The notes under the pieces: model-generated
What the model was told of the DNA's origin: nothing
The model's input: the letters and a program-made list of their open reading frames with translations, nothing else
Database searches by the model: none
Source: a virus
IMG/VR virus record: IMGVR_UViG_3300035490_000323
Coordinates: 1-64,000 of that record
DNA length: 64,000 nucleotides
Reading direction: 5' to 3' (one strand)
Translations under genes and position numbers: made by a program
Shown here: positions 50,405 to 61,221 of the stretch, piece by piece
Numbering within the stretch: position 1 is the first letter of the stretch
How the letters are laid out: the number at the start of each line of letters is the position of its first letter

Positions 50405-51985
50405 CTAGTATTGCGGCATGTCGTCCGCCAGGTCCCCGAAGACGCGCACCTCCGCCACGGCCTGGGCCGAGGCGGCTATCCTCTCGCCGGATGCGTCCTC
50501 GTCCTTCAGGGTGAACGCCCCGGTCGGCTGTAGCGTCATGGTGACGGCCGGCGGCTGCCTCCCCTCGCGCTTCTTGATGCACGCGACCTCAATCTGCCCG
50601 CTGGTCTTCATGTCGCTGTCGGACCAGACCGTCAGGATGAGGTCCATGTCGTCCTTAAGCTCGCTGTAGGTCCTGATGGCCTCAAGGGTATAGTGCCCCT
50701 GCCCCTCCTTGAAGTCCCCCTTCATGGCCTCCTTGTACGACTCCTTGGTAATCTGCACGGGGCTCACCACCATCAGGCCCCTGGCCTCGTCGAAGTTCCT
50801 GGTCATCTTCTGGATGCGGTGGATGAGGTCCCTCATCCCCTGGTCCTTCCAGCGGGGGTCGCCCGGTATCTCCATGCGGGTGATGTAGTCCAGCACCAGG
50901 AAGTCGTACCTGTTCTTGCCGTTGTAGACGGCCATCCAGTCGGCGATGGTGTCCCAGTCCCGCGAGGGGAACTCCTTCACCTCCAGCTTCCCCGGCAGGT
51001 TCCTGCGGTTCTCCAGGTCGAAGGTGACCTGCCGCATGAACTCGATGTCCGCCGGGGTCACCCGCTTGTCGTCCCAGGCCTTGGGGATGGGCAGTATCCT
51101 GCCCTCGTACTCGGGGCGGGTCGAGTGCAGGTAGGTCATGGCGTCCCATACCTGCCTGGGCGTGTGCTCGGTGGAGACATAGAGGCCGTTGGCCCCCTGC
51201 TTCAGCCAGTTATAGGCTATGAAGTTAGCCAGGGACGTCTTGCCGTCCCCGGCCTGCCCCACTATCCCTATGAACCTTAGCGCCTGCCTGCCGACCATGA
51301 GGCTGCTGTCCAGGTGCTCTATCCCCAGGGCGAAGCGCCCCGTCGCCGCCTTCTCGTCCATCCTGTCCGAGAACCCCTCGCGCACCGCCTGCATGTTCTC
51401 GTGCAGGAAGCCGTCCACGGGCGGGGACTCGTCGGCGAAGTCCTTTGTCCACTGCATCCTCAGCCACTTCATGGCGGCGGCAGGGCCACGCTCCTCCTTC
51501 TTGTCCTTCCCCTCGCGCCACTCGAACGCCGCCAGCCCGTTGGCAATCCTCCCGGCCTTGTCGTACAGGGCGGAGTGCCAGGTGCCCCGCACCTTGGAGA
51601 AGGTCTTCTCCAGCAGGACCAGGGTGTCCATGCCCCTCAGGGACCCCACCGGGGGCTCCCATCCCCCCTTCAGCAGGTCAAGCTGCTCCGTCACCCTGGC
51701 CGAGTCACCCCTCCCCTCGTCCCCCTGGGAGAACTCCTGGAGGTAGTCGGGGTTGCTGATTACGTAGTCCTTTACCCCCCCTGCCCCGGCGGGCAGGGAG
51801 CCGAACTTCTCGATGTACTTCCACACCGCCCTGAGGGTGGCGCTGGTCACTACCTCGTCGCTCCCCGGCACCCAGTCGCATATGCCGGAGAAGTGTACCG
51901 TCCAGGCCAGCTTCTTCTTGTTCTGGAGCACGAAGGGGTATAGGTCCTGCGTGCAGAGACGCCGGGTAAGCTCAGAGATATACAT
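50405..51985 (-). CDS. DnaB-like replicative helicase
   Basis: Walker A GQAGDGKT, YVSTE, LVLDYI (Walker B), PVQ, DMDLIL, KKREG. Confidence 0.85.
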   Translation of the reverse strand: MYISELTRRLCTQDLYPFVLQNKKKLAWTVHFSGICDWVPGSDEVVTSATLRAVWKYIEKFGSLPAGAGGVKDYVISNPDYLQEFSQGDEGRGDSARVTEQLDLLKGGWEPPVGSLRGMDTLVLLEKTFSKVRGTWHSALYDKAGRIANGLAAFEWREGKDKKEERGPAAAMKWLRMQWTKDFADESPPVDGFLHENMQAVREGFSDRMDEKAATGRFALGIEHLDSSLMVGRQALRFIGIVGQAGDGKTSLANFIAYNWLKQGANGLYVSTEHTPRQVWDAMTYLHSTRPEYEGRILPIPKAWDDKRVTPADIEFMRQVTFDLENRRNLPGKLEVKEFPSRDWDTIADWMAVYNGKNRYDFLVLDYITRMEIPGDPRWKDQGMRDLIHRIQKMTRNFDEARGLMVVSPVQITKESYKEAMKGDFKEGQGHYTLEAIRTYSELKDDMDLILTVWSDSDMKTSGQIEVACIKKREGRQPPAVTMTLQPTGAFTLKDEDASGERIAASAQAVAEVRVFGDLADDMPQY

Positions 51986-52015
51986 CCGACCCCTTCCTGG
52001 CTTTGGCGGGATTCA

Positions 52016-52579
52016 TTGGCATATACTAAATACCCTTCCGCACGGCAATCCCCCGCATCGGGGCTTCCAGGGCCTTCTTGTATGGCGTCCGATACCGTGG
52101 TGGAGGTCAGCCTTCTCCACTACAGGTTCCGATTCAGGAGGCTGGACTGGAAGGAGGAGGCCGCAGTCGGCCTTGACAAGAGCCCCCTCCGGGCCCTCCT
52201 CTCCCTCGCCCTCCGCGAGGTGTCCGGCCTTGCCCCCTCCTCCCTCGCAGAGGCACGCAGGGTGATAGACGCCATCCCCGAGGCCATCGCCGTCCGTGTA
52301 TGGAAGGTGTACCGTGGCTCCCTGCCGCCCTCCCGCAGGTTCTCTACCTCCAACCTGTACCAGGCACCCGAGCCTGCGGCCTATGCGGAGCGTATCGTGG
52401 AGGAGGAGCCGCTGGAGGACAGGGCACACGACCGTGCTGTAAGGGAGATGGAGAGCCGCTTCGGCAGGCAGGAGGTGGCAGAGGAGGCGGAGCTTAGCAG
52501 GAGGATTCTGGAGTCGGCCAGGAAGGAGGGGGTCAGGATAGCGAGGGCCACCCCCGAGAGGAGGGGCGATGGACGTTAG
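52016..52579 (+). CDS. Putative tail/baseplate assembly chaperone
   Basis: Start of the + strand tail module; true start may be ATG 52082; call from context only. Confidence 0.45.
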   Translation: MAYTKYPSARQSPASGLPGPSCMASDTVVEVSLLHYRFRFRRLDWKEEAAVGLDKSPLRALLSLALREVSGLAPSSLAEARRVIDAIPEAIAVRVWKVYRGSLPPSRRFSTSNLYQAPEPAAYAERIVEEEPLEDRAHDRAVREMESRFGRQEVAEEAELSRRILESARKEGVRIARATPERRGDGR

Positions 52580-53720
52580 GCCCAGGACATCCCCCGAGGT
52601 CCTCGGTACCTCCCCCTCCGGCCGCTGGCTGGGGGCATCCCCGTCCGCCGACTCCAGGCTCACGCCTGGGGCAGAGCTTGCCCGCAGCCTCAGCGAGGGG
52701 GTCGTCAACCGGGTCCCCCCGAAGTACATCCAGGAGGTAAGGGGCAGGGTGACCGAGGCATGCAGCGAGATTATAGGCATAGGGGCGAGGATACGCCCGC
52801 TCATGGTAGACGGCACCCAGCGGGGGTGGGTAAGGGGGTTCTTCAATACCGAGAGGCGTATCCTCCTCAGGTGGGTGCCGGACCCCCTCGACTTCGTGTA
52901 CCGCTGCCTGCTGCTCTCCACCTCCCTGGCGGAGGAGGAGGTGACTGCCCTCTCCTCCCTGGAGGTCGTCAGGCTGGTAAGGCTGGTCACGGCCATGGGC
53001 GAGAGGGACTCCTCCCTCTATCCCTACCTGTCCGCCTTCTCTACCACCAGGGACTCGGAGTGCCTCTGGCACAGCGGGGGGCAGTATGCCTCCTTCGAGA
53101 ACCGCAGGGTCGCCATGCCGGACGGGAAGCACATATCCATCCTTTGCCCCTCCGACCATGCCCGCCTCTGGGCCTCCCTCTGCACCTACCGCGAGCAGGC
53201 CAAGAAGCGCCTGGACGAGAACTGGAACGCCGTGCTGATAATACGCCCGTGGGCAGGCAAGTCCGTGGACGGCCTCGTGGCGGAGCTGAAGGGCGTCACC
53301 AAGCAGATGAAGGCGGATGCCCTGGAGCCGTGGGAGGGCATAGTCTCCGCCCCCCCGGACAAGTCCCTTGACGACGGGTGGGCGCACATAGAGAACATGG
53401 AGACCAAGGAGGGCATGCTCAGGGAGCTTCACGGGATGCTCAGCAACGACCGCCACGAGCAGCTAATGGCCGAGTTCGAGAGGCAGCAGATTGAGGCCGC
53501 AGAGCAGCGCAAGAGGCAGCTAGAGCGCATCGCGGCAGGGCGCGGCGGCCCTGGTATCAACAGGGAGGTCATCAGGGTGGAGACAGAGGTGGGGGCCTTC
53601 AAGAAGGAGAGGGAACTCAGGAAGGGGAGGATAGCCCCCCCTCCCGTGGCGGACAGGTATGCCGCAGACAGGAGCACCGGCACGGACATAGGGGAGAGAA
53701 TAAAGAGGTACCAGCAGTAG
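52569..53720 (+). CDS. Putative tail/baseplate assembly chaperone
   Basis: 383 aa; position before the tape measure gene. Confidence 0.45.
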   Translation: MDVRPRTSPEVLGTSPSGRWLGASPSADSRLTPGAELARSLSEGVVNRVPPKYIQEVRGRVTEACSEIIGIGARIRPLMVDGTQRGWVRGFFNTERRILLRWVPDPLDFVYRCLLLSTSLAEEEVTALSSLEVVRLVRLVTAMGERDSSLYPYLSAFSTTRDSECLWHSGGQYASFENRRVAMPDGKHISILCPSDHARLWASLCTYREQAKKRLDENWNAVLIIRPWAGKSVDGLVAELKGVTKQMKADALEPWEGIVSAPPDKSLDDGWAHIENMETKEGMLRELHGMLSNDRHEQLMAEFERQQIEAAEQRKRQLERIAAGRGGPGINREVIRVETEVGAFKKERELRKGRIAPPPVADRYAADRSTGTDIGERIKRYQQ

Positions 53721-53721
53721 G

Positions 53722-54444
53722 CTACTTCTTCCCGGAGAAGTAGGAGCCGATGCCCATTGCCGCTGCTGTCCCAAGGCATGTTGCCGCAACGGCATAGGGG
53801 TGGTTGTAGAGGGGGTGGCCGGGCTCCCCCGACCTCCTCTCTTGCTCCCACCTGGAGGCATGCTGTAGGCTGCGCCAGGCGGGGTAGGCGAACCACGCCA
53901 GGGCCCAGCATACCGGCCACGCCATGGGCGTGTTGGGGGCAGGGCAGACCAGGCAGGTGACCGCTGCATAGAGGAGCCAGAAGGGCACCATCCCCACCAC
54001 TATCCACAGGGCAGCGAACACCGACATATAGAGCATCCCGAGGAACATGACAGGCAGCGACCAGTCCAGCATCCACCTGTTCCCCGTCATGACGGCGCAC
54101 AGGGGGAATGCCAGGAAGAAGGCAGTCAAGACCATCACTGCCTTGTTCCTTATGTACTTAAGGGTGTTCTTAAACCCGTTGGGCATCCTGAGCTTGTATA
54201 CTATGTCTAGCGCCGAGTCTTTCAGCCTTTCCATCGCCCCCCCTGGGAAGGGCAGGTCGTACCTATAGAGTGTTTTCCATAGCTCGGGGTTTACCTCTAC
54301 CTCCCATTCCGTCCACTCGTCAGGGTGTACCCCTTCCAGTACTTGCCAGGGCCGGAGGGGCTCCCTGGCGGCCACCAGCCTGCGCCACTGCCAGCTTTCC
54401 CTATACTCCAGTGTATCCCCGTAAATCTCCCTGTTCTTTGCCAT
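53722..54444 (-). CDS. Multi-pass membrane protein
   Basis: Four to five hydrophobic segments; own TATAAT-like promoter near 54470. Confidence 0.6.
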   Translation of the reverse strand: MAKNREIYGDTLEYRESWQWRRLVAAREPLRPWQVLEGVHPDEWTEWEVEVNPELWKTLYRYDLPFPGGAMERLKDSALDIVYKLRMPNGFKNTLKYIRNKAVMVLTAFFLAFPLCAVMTGNRWMLDWSLPVMFLGMLYMSVFAALWIVVGMVPFWLLYAAVTCLVCPAPNTPMAWPVCWALAWFAYPAWRSLQHASRWEQERRSGEPGHPLYNHPYAVAATCLGTAAAMGIGSYFSGKK

Positions 54445-54550
54445 GGTAACCCTTTCCTCCATTATCATTATACACCAGTCTACACGCCATGGCCCAGGAT
54501 TCTGGCAATTCTGACATAAACAACTGCCACCTCACTAAGTAGGAGGGCAC

Positions 54551-55174
54551 ATGAGCGAGGAGACCAAGCAGAGCGCCGAGGCACAGCCGACGGCCCCCAA
54601 GTCCCTGGAGGAGGTCATCCTTGGCCTCAAGGGGTTCGGGATAGAGGAGAACGAGGAGATTCTCAACTTCGAGGCGTCCGAGAGGAAAATCAGCCTCAGG
54701 ATATCCAACATCCCCACGGAGCAGGAGATGAAGGCCCTGGTGGCCACCGAGGAGTTCAAGGGGTATGCCTGGGTCCAGCGCATCCGGTGCGAGATGCTCT
54801 CCAGGGCAGTGACCTGGATTAACGGCATAAGCATCAAGGACCTTGCCCCCGAGCAGAGGATAGTCACCGACCCCACTACCCCTGACAAGGCAAGGTGTGA
54901 CGTGCAGGTCGCCCTGCGCAACATACTCCTGGGATGGGGCCAGGAGGTCGTTCAGACCCTCTGGAAGATGCTCATGGTACACTCCGACAGGATTGAGAAG
55001 CGCATGCAGGCCAGCTTCCCCGACTCGACGCTTATGACCGACGTGGAGAAGCGCCTGTTCGAGGCCGCCCTCAGGGAGATACACGATGCCAGCAGGGAGG
55101 TCATAGAGGACACGGTGGCCAAGGTCACAGAGGGGCTCCTGCCCGCTGAGCAGGGCAAGGAAGGCACGGAGTAG
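54551..55174 (+). CDS. Baseplate hub/tail assembly chaperone (T4 gp26-like by context)
   Basis: LSRAVTWING...WGQEVVQTLW; AGGAGG RBS; directly upstream of tape measure. Confidence 0.55.
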   Translation: MSEETKQSAEAQPTAPKSLEEVILGLKGFGIEENEEILNFEASERKISLRISNIPTEQEMKALVATEEFKGYAWVQRIRCEMLSRAVTWINGISIKDLAPEQRIVTDPTTPDKARCDVQVALRNILLGWGQEVVQTLWKMLMVHSDRIEKRMQASFPDSTLMTDVEKRLFEAALREIHDASREVIEDTVAKVTEGLLPAEQGKEGTE

Positions 55175-55188
55175 CCAGGGGATAGCCA

Positions 55189-58100
55189 ATGCCCGACATC
55201 AACGACCAGCAGAGGACGCTACAGGGCCTCCTCAACACGATGAACGATTTCTCGGTCACCATGGCCGCCACGATGGACATGATGAACGAGAAGACCCGCC
55301 AGTTCATCGAGGTCTCGGACAAGCTCGTTGAGAGGTGGGGCACCATGGCGGACGATGCCAAGTCGTTCGTTGCCCACGTGGACCAGATGGAGAAGGGGTT
55401 CACCGAGGTCCTCCGCATGGTCGGCAAGCTCAAGGGCGGCATATTCAACCAGCGGGAGGTAAGGTACGTCAGGGAGGACTTCGAGAAGATAGCCAAGGCG
55501 GCCAAGCAAATCCTGGACGACGAGGGCCGCACTGCTAACGAGCGCCACCGGGCGAGGCAGACGCTCGATGCCATGACCAGGAGCCTTGAGAAGCTCAGGG
55601 ATGTTACCGCTGTAACCCCTAAGCTAGCGGGAGAACTCAGGAAAGAGCTGGAAGGGGTAGAGGGCACCCTTGGCTCAATCCGCAGGGAGATGGAGAAGAC
55701 CCGCAGTGCATTCGATGCCGTGGGCTCGGCCCTGCGGGATACCTTCGGGAATGTAAGGCTGTTCGAGCCGTTTACTCGGTTCTTTGACAAGTATCGCAGG
55801 CTGAAGGAGACTGGCGAGAGCATCAAGAAGACAGCCGAGGAGAACATAAAGAGGAGGGTAGAGGCATACCAGGTGAAGGCTGCCGGGAGGGAGGACCCCC
55901 TCCAGGAGCTACTCCATCGTATCCCGGTCACCCCGAGGGGCAAGATAGACAAGAAGGCCCTCCAGTCTATGGGGGCAGAGCAGAGGGCAGAGGTTGTCAG
56001 GGCTGCTCAGGAGGTAGAAGCCTTAAGGCCCAAAGTCCTGGAGGGCATGGTCGAAAGGTTCAGAGGAACCCCCAAGGGCCGCCAGAGGTTGGCACAGGGC
56101 ATAAGGGAGGCCGCCGGGCAGCTTGTCCGGGAGGGGGGGCCGGTAGGCCCGCTCCCAGCGCCTCCAGGTCCAGCGAGGGAGGTCATAGACTTCAGGGAGG
56201 GAGCCCCGGTAGGAGAGAGGTTCGCGGATGCTGCCCGGGCCTCCGAGACCGCCGCAGGCAAGGCGGCTGAGGCGGCCGCAACAGGTGCCTCTGCCGTAGC
56301 CGAGGCAGCGGAGACTGCTTCCGCAGTAGCGGCAGCCCCTACTGCCGGAGCAGGGGAAGGGTTGGCGGGCGGTATAGCCGCAGGGGCAGCAGCACCCGTT
56401 GCCAGGGCGCTTACAGGGGAGGGGCTGGCGGGCGTAGAGGCGGTGGCAGGTGCAGGGGCAGGAGGAGAGGCCGCCGCTGCAACGATAGGCGGGACGGTGG
56501 CAGCGGTCGCAGCCCCCGTGGCGGCCATCGCAGGCGTCCTGATAGCGCTCAAGGAGGCCTTCGACGGGATGGCGGAGGACAACAAGAAGATGTTCTCTGC
56601 CATAGGCGCGGGCGGCATCGCTGGCGGCGGCTACATGGCGATGCAGCAGGCACGCAGCCTGCTCAGGATGCCGGGCGAGCTGGGCTTCAAGTACGGCCAG
56701 ACGGAGCCGAGGAACCTGGAGATGATTCAGGAGATGATTAAGTACGGGATGGGCACCCCCGAGCTGTTCAGGCCCGGCGCTGTCAAGTCTCTGAAGAACA
56801 CCTTCCTCGGCGAGGCGGGGGTCAGCGGCCTGGCAGGGGTTGCGTTCGGGCCTGCGATGGTGGCAGGGATGGACACCCGGCAGGCGAGCGAGGAGACGAT
56901 GAAGCTCATCGTCCAGTACGGTAAGTCCATGGAGTCCGTCCATAAGTTCTTCGTGATGCTGTCCGCCGACGTGGACGCCTCCGGGATATCCACCTCCAAG
57001 TACCTTGAGATTATCGACGACGTCAACAGCCACTTTAGCCTGCTTACCAAGAGCCTGGGGGATGTCGTCTCGGTGCTCCGCACCCTGGGGAGCACCGGGA
57101 TGCTGACAGGCGAGTCCCTCAAGGAGTTCTCCCAGGCCTTCATGGTCCCCAAGGGGGCCCCCCTCCCGTGGAGGGCCTACCTGCTGGCCACTGCCCCCCA
57201 GGCACTAAAGACAGGCATGCTGAGGGGGATGGAGGCGAACGTCAGGACCCTGGGCGGGGATGTCTATAACAGCCTGGTGGATGCCCTGAAGACGACGGGC
57301 ATGACCGAGAATGCAGCGCAGAAGGAGCTGAGCGATAAGTATGGTATAAAGTCCGGCGCAGACATAGAGAGCCAGGACGCATCGTATATGACCGGGGTTA
57401 TAAGCGACATCTCCGGCCGTGCGGGCGAGAAGGGCCAGGAGTATACCCAGGCGGCAGGGACCACCCTAGAGACACTGACCACGCAGGTCGCCCAGGTTAT
57501 AAAGGGCAGGAGGGCGCTTGCCCCTGGCGGGAGCATGAAGGACATCCTGGAGTTCCTCCCCGGCCCCCAGACGCCGGGGAACGAGATGACCATCAACCTG
57601 CTCAACGCGCTCAAGGCCGTCGCCGGGACCGGCTCCGACGAGGAGGCATACCGCAGGCTGATTGCCCCCCGCCAGGGGGAGGAGAGGATTACGAACCAAC
57701 TCCTGGCGTCCCAACTGGCACCGCTGGGGAACCAGAAGGTAGAGGAGATTATGAAGCTGGTCGGGAAGCCCCTGAAGACCGCAGGCGACCTGGTCAGGCA
57801 GGCGGCCGAGGGCAGGCTCTCGCCGATACTGGCAAAGGACTACCTTCCGGGGATAGCCGAGTCCATAAACAAGGTCAGCAAGAACACGGAGCAGATAGAC
57901 GTCAGCCAGAACATAGATGACCTGGGGAAGGCGGTAAAGAGCCGCCTTGAGAAGAACTTTGCCCTCCGGGGAGAGGCTACACGCGGTATGGCCGTAAGGC
58001 TGGACCTCCTGTCGGACATAGCAAACCAGGACTCCGACCTGAACCAGAGCAATGCCAAGGACGCCGAGGACCGAGGCAATGTCTTGCAACGGCACAACCT

Positions 58101-58983
58101 GGAGCAGGCGATAGGCATGAGGGATACCAACGACTGGCTGGAGGCCATCTGGTCGGTGCTGACTAACCAGATTTACTGGCTGCTGTCGAACACCCTCGGC
58201 AGGGCGCTCAAGCTGTTCGGCATAACGCCCCCGGAGATGGGCGTGGACAGGGACACGGGGCGGGTTGTGCCCAAGGAGATGGGAGGCCCCCACTGGGAGC
58301 CCCTGAGCAAGGACTTTGCCGTGGCATCCGGCTTTTACAGTGCAGGCGGCCCCGGCGCAGGCAAGGCAGGCGCAGGAGAGGCAGGAGAGGCAGGCGGCAT
58401 TAGCACAGGCGGGGCAGGCTGGTGGGCCCTCAAGAACCTCAGTGGCCCCGGTGCATTGTGGAATACCCTCCGCTTTGCTGCCGGGCTCGCTGGGATTGGG
58501 GGCGCTGGGGCCGCCCCTACGCCCGGAATCGCCCCCGCGCCCGGTGCCCCCGAGCCTGGGGCCCTTGTCCCCGGCACAGGCAACAGCTTTGTCGATACCC
58601 TGCTGTACATACTGTCCGATGACTTCGAGGAGGCAGTATACAAGGCCCTCTGGGACAACCGGGACACCCTCTGGAAGGATGCCTGGCTCCCCAGCGTCCA
58701 TCCTGGGGGCATCCCTGCTGGCCAGGCGGCCCAGCAGATGGGAGGCATGGACAAGGATGTCTTCAGTAAGGTGTTCAACGTTGACGTGAGGAACTACCAG
58801 ACCAAGACGGACTACCATATGTCCGACCTAAGGACCCCCAACGGCTCGGACATAGGCACAAGCACGGAGATTACCCCCGACAAGGCCAAGAAGCTCGCTG
58901 TAGAACTGTCGAACACAGCGATAGGCCAGGCCTCTCAGAGGGGGCTGCTGCCCTCGGGCTTCAGCCCTGTCACCCAGCACTAG
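55189..58983 (+). CDS. Tail tape measure protein
   Basis: 1264 aa, helical and Ala/Gly-rich with a hydrophobic segment; between chaperones and baseplate genes. Confidence 0.7.
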   Translation: MPDINDQQRTLQGLLNTMNDFSVTMAATMDMMNEKTRQFIEVSDKLVERWGTMADDAKSFVAHVDQMEKGFTEVLRMVGKLKGGIFNQREVRYVREDFEKIAKAAKQILDDEGRTANERHRARQTLDAMTRSLEKLRDVTAVTPKLAGELRKELEGVEGTLGSIRREMEKTRSAFDAVGSALRDTFGNVRLFEPFTRFFDKYRRLKETGESIKKTAEENIKRRVEAYQVKAAGREDPLQELLHRIPVTPRGKIDKKALQSMGAEQRAEVVRAAQEVEALRPKVLEGMVERFRGTPKGRQRLAQGIREAAGQLVREGGPVGPLPAPPGPAREVIDFREGAPVGERFADAARASETAAGKAAEAAATGASAVAEAAETASAVAAAPTAGAGEGLAGGIAAGAAAPVARALTGEGLAGVEAVAGAGAGGEAAAATIGGTVAAVAAPVAAIAGVLIALKEAFDGMAEDNKKMFSAIGAGGIAGGGYMAMQQARSLLRMPGELGFKYGQTEPRNLEMIQEMIKYGMGTPELFRPGAVKSLKNTFLGEAGVSGLAGVAFGPAMVAGMDTRQASEETMKLIVQYGKSMESVHKFFVMLSADVDASGISTSKYLEIIDDVNSHFSLLTKSLGDVVSVLRTLGSTGMLTGESLKEFSQAFMVPKGAPLPWRAYLLATAPQALKTGMLRGMEANVRTLGGDVYNSLVDALKTTGMTENAAQKELSDKYGIKSGADIESQDASYMTGVISDISGRAGEKGQEYTQAAGTTLETLTTQVAQVIKGRRALAPGGSMKDILEFLPGPQTPGNEMTINLLNALKAVAGTGSDEEAYRRLIAPRQGEERITNQLLASQLAPLGNQKVEEIMKLVGKPLKTAGDLVRQAAEGRLSPILAKDYLPGIAESINKVSKNTEQIDVSQNIDDLGKAVKSRLEKNFALRGEATRGMAVRLDLLSDIANQDSDLNQSNAKDAEDRGNVLQRHNLEQAIGMRDTNDWLEAIWSVLTNQIYWLLSNTLGRALKLFGITPPEMGVDRDTGRVVPKEMGGPHWEPLSKDFAVASGFYSAGGPGAGKAGAGEAGEAGGISTGGAGWWALKNLSGPGALWNTLRFAAGLAGIGGAGAAPTPGIAPAPGAPEPGALVPGTGNSFVDTLLYILSDDFEEAVYKALWDNRDTLWKDAWLPSVHPGGIPAGQAAQQMGGMDKDVFSKVFNVDVRNYQTKTDYHMSDLRTPNGSDIGTSTEITPDKAKKLAVELSNTAIGQASQRGLLPSGFSPVTQH

Positions 58984-58999
58984 GAGACTTTAACCGTTT

Positions 59000-60571
59000 A
59001 TGGGAAGCGGCCTAACCAATGTCGGCAATGCCATCGCAGGGGCGGAGGGGTACGGGGTAAGCCCGAGCAACAACCCCACCCGCAACAACAACCCTGGGGA
59101 TATCAGCTCCAATGGAAGCGTAGTCTCCTACCCTACCATCGAGGCGGGCCAGGCTGCCTTGAACAACCAGATAAACCTGATAGCCAGCGGCACCAGCCCT
59201 GTCTACAATGCCTATGCCCAGTCCTTGGGCTTGTCCGACAGCTCGCAGCTCTCCATACAGCAGGTAGGCAGCAAGTGGGCGGAAGACTCCCAGAACTGGG
59301 TCAACAACGTCTCTACCTCCCTCGGCGTGGACCCCTCCACCAAGTTCTCGGACGTAGTCAACGGGACAACGCCCACCTCTGCCCCCGGCTCCCCCAACTA
59401 CCAGACGGTCAACCCCCCCGGCTCGGTGGTGAACATAGGCAGCGGGGACAGCGGCCTTGCCCCCCCTACAAGCTCCCTCTATAACAGGCAGGCCTCGCAG
59501 GCGAACTCGGTCACCTCCGACAACCCTACGGTAGGCTATGGCTCCCTGTTCCCTGACGTCGTAATCCAGACCGGCCTAGACGAGACCCCCTGGTACGCGG
59601 ACAAGGACCTGGTGACCGGCAACCCCAAGGTACGGGGGTCCGTGGACCCGGTAGTGTTCGAGCTTGTGCTCAGGGGCAGGGAGGACTACACCCTTTCCAA
59701 CAGCCAGCAGGTGCCCATCCAGATACAGCTCAACGCCTCGCTCAAGAGCATGACCACTACCATGAAGCACGTCTTCACCCCCAAGCGCACCAGGACGGGG
59801 TGGCATGTCACCATGTGGGGGATGCAGGCGGACACCATAGAGGGGACATGCACGACCGGCGTGTTCATGAACCAGCTCGGGCTGACGGACTTCTTCAGCA
59901 CCTCCACCCTGAGCAATGACCTCATACAGGCGATGACCAGCGGGTTCAAGTCCGTCTCCCAGGGGGCCGGCAACTTCCCCCTCGTGGGCATCCCCATCCC
60001 CCAGACCTTCACGGACGTGTACACCGACCCGGCCACCGGCCGGACCTATACCGGCTCTACCCAGCTCTACACCAACTACCGCCTCGGCAACCAGCAGTCG
60101 CCGTCCGTGCAGAGTTCCATCGTCACCCAGCAGAACGCCGACGAGGTCAACAAGTACCTGTCCTCGGGGGGGCACGACCCCGCCAAGGCATTCAGGGTAG
60201 CGGCCCAGGACGCCTTCCAGGAGTTCCTGTCCCTGTTCAAGAACAACGGCATGGTCTGGTTCAACACCCAGCAGGCGCTAGGGCCCAACCCCTCCGGCAA
60301 CAACGAAGTACAGGTTGACGTGGACCAGTGGTCCCCCCAGACGGCCCTGTCTGCCACCAGCATGAACGCCCGCAACAACGATGTCATGACGAGGGGCTCC
60401 GTGGTGATGAGGGTCAAGGGCACCACCTACCTCGGGTACTTCAAGAGCCTCAACTGGCAGATGTCGGCTATGAAACCCTTTAGCTGGGACTTCAGTTTTG
60501 TTTTCCAAGTGGAAAAGACGCTAGGGTATATATTTACCCCAGCCTTTGCCAGCGTATCATCGAATATATGA
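59000..60571 (+). CDS. Tail/baseplate protein with N-terminal lysozyme-like (NNPG) domain and tube-initiator-like C-terminus
   Basis: AIAGAEG...RNNNPGDI...YPTIEAG...KWA; C-terminal YLGYFKSL...PFSWDFSFVF. Confidence 0.6.
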   Translation: MGSGLTNVGNAIAGAEGYGVSPSNNPTRNNNPGDISSNGSVVSYPTIEAGQAALNNQINLIASGTSPVYNAYAQSLGLSDSSQLSIQQVGSKWAEDSQNWVNNVSTSLGVDPSTKFSDVVNGTTPTSAPGSPNYQTVNPPGSVVNIGSGDSGLAPPTSSLYNRQASQANSVTSDNPTVGYGSLFPDVVIQTGLDETPWYADKDLVTGNPKVRGSVDPVVFELVLRGREDYTLSNSQQVPIQIQLNASLKSMTTTMKHVFTPKRTRTGWHVTMWGMQADTIEGTCTTGVFMNQLGLTDFFSTSTLSNDLIQAMTSGFKSVSQGAGNFPLVGIPIPQTFTDVYTDPATGRTYTGSTQLYTNYRLGNQQSPSVQSSIVTQQNADEVNKYLSSGGHDPAKAFRVAAQDAFQEFLSLFKNNGMVWFNTQQALGPNPSGNNEVQVDVDQWSPQTALSATSMNARNNDVMTRGSVVMRVKGTTYLGYFKSLNWQMSAMKPFSWDFSFVFQVEKTLGYIFTPAFASVSSNI

Positions 60572-61221
60572 GATATCCAAGAAAAAGCGAGGCCCTGAGG
60601 AACTGCTGGAAGGCCATGAGCCAGGAAGACCGTGACAAGAGGGCCGCTGGCCTTAGAAAGCTGGGGATAAAGCGTGCTATCAACCGGGTTGGGATGCCGT
60701 ACGGGGACCTTACGGTCGTATCCTCGGCGGGAAAGAACAAGCATGGCCACTATATGTGGAACTGCTCCTGTGCCTGTGGGGGCGTCCGAGTAGTTTCTGG
60801 CCATCAGCTTAGGGACAAGAGGGTTACAAGCTGTAGGGCCTGTGCCTTGAGGAGAATATCCGAATTCCATAAGACGCACGGTAAAACCTGTAGCCCAGAA
60901 TATGCAATGCTTATGAGAGCGAAGTCCCGTGCAGCCCGCAGTGGCGCTAAGTTTGACCTGACTTTGGACGATGTGGTCATCCCTGCATTATGCCCCGTGT
61001 TTGGGACTCCATTAGCTCTCGGGACGGTTAAGGATAACGATAATAGCCCGTCTTTGGATAGAGTTAACAATGAAGGGGGATATGTGCGGGGGAATGTCTG
61101 GGTCATAAGCAAGAAAGCGAACCTGATAAAGAACAGCAGCACCCTTCCCGAGCTTAAGATGCTGGTCTCAGCCCTTGAGCACAGGCGGCAGCCAGTAACG
61201 AGTGTGTCGTCAAATGTCTAG
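60568..61221 (+). CDS. Free-standing HNH-type homing endonuclease
   Basis: YGDLTV...WNCSCACG...SC; CPVFG...SPSLDR...GYVRGNVWVISKKAN; lower GC. Confidence 0.8.
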   Translation: MRYPRKSEALRNCWKAMSQEDRDKRAAGLRKLGIKRAINRVGMPYGDLTVVSSAGKNKHGHYMWNCSCACGGVRVVSGHQLRDKRVTSCRACALRRISEFHKTHGKTCSPEYAMLMRAKSRAARSGAKFDLTLDDVVIPALCPVFGTPLALGTVKDNDNSPSLDRVNNEGGYVRGNVWVISKKANLIKNSSTLPELKMLVSALEHRRQPVTSVSSNV

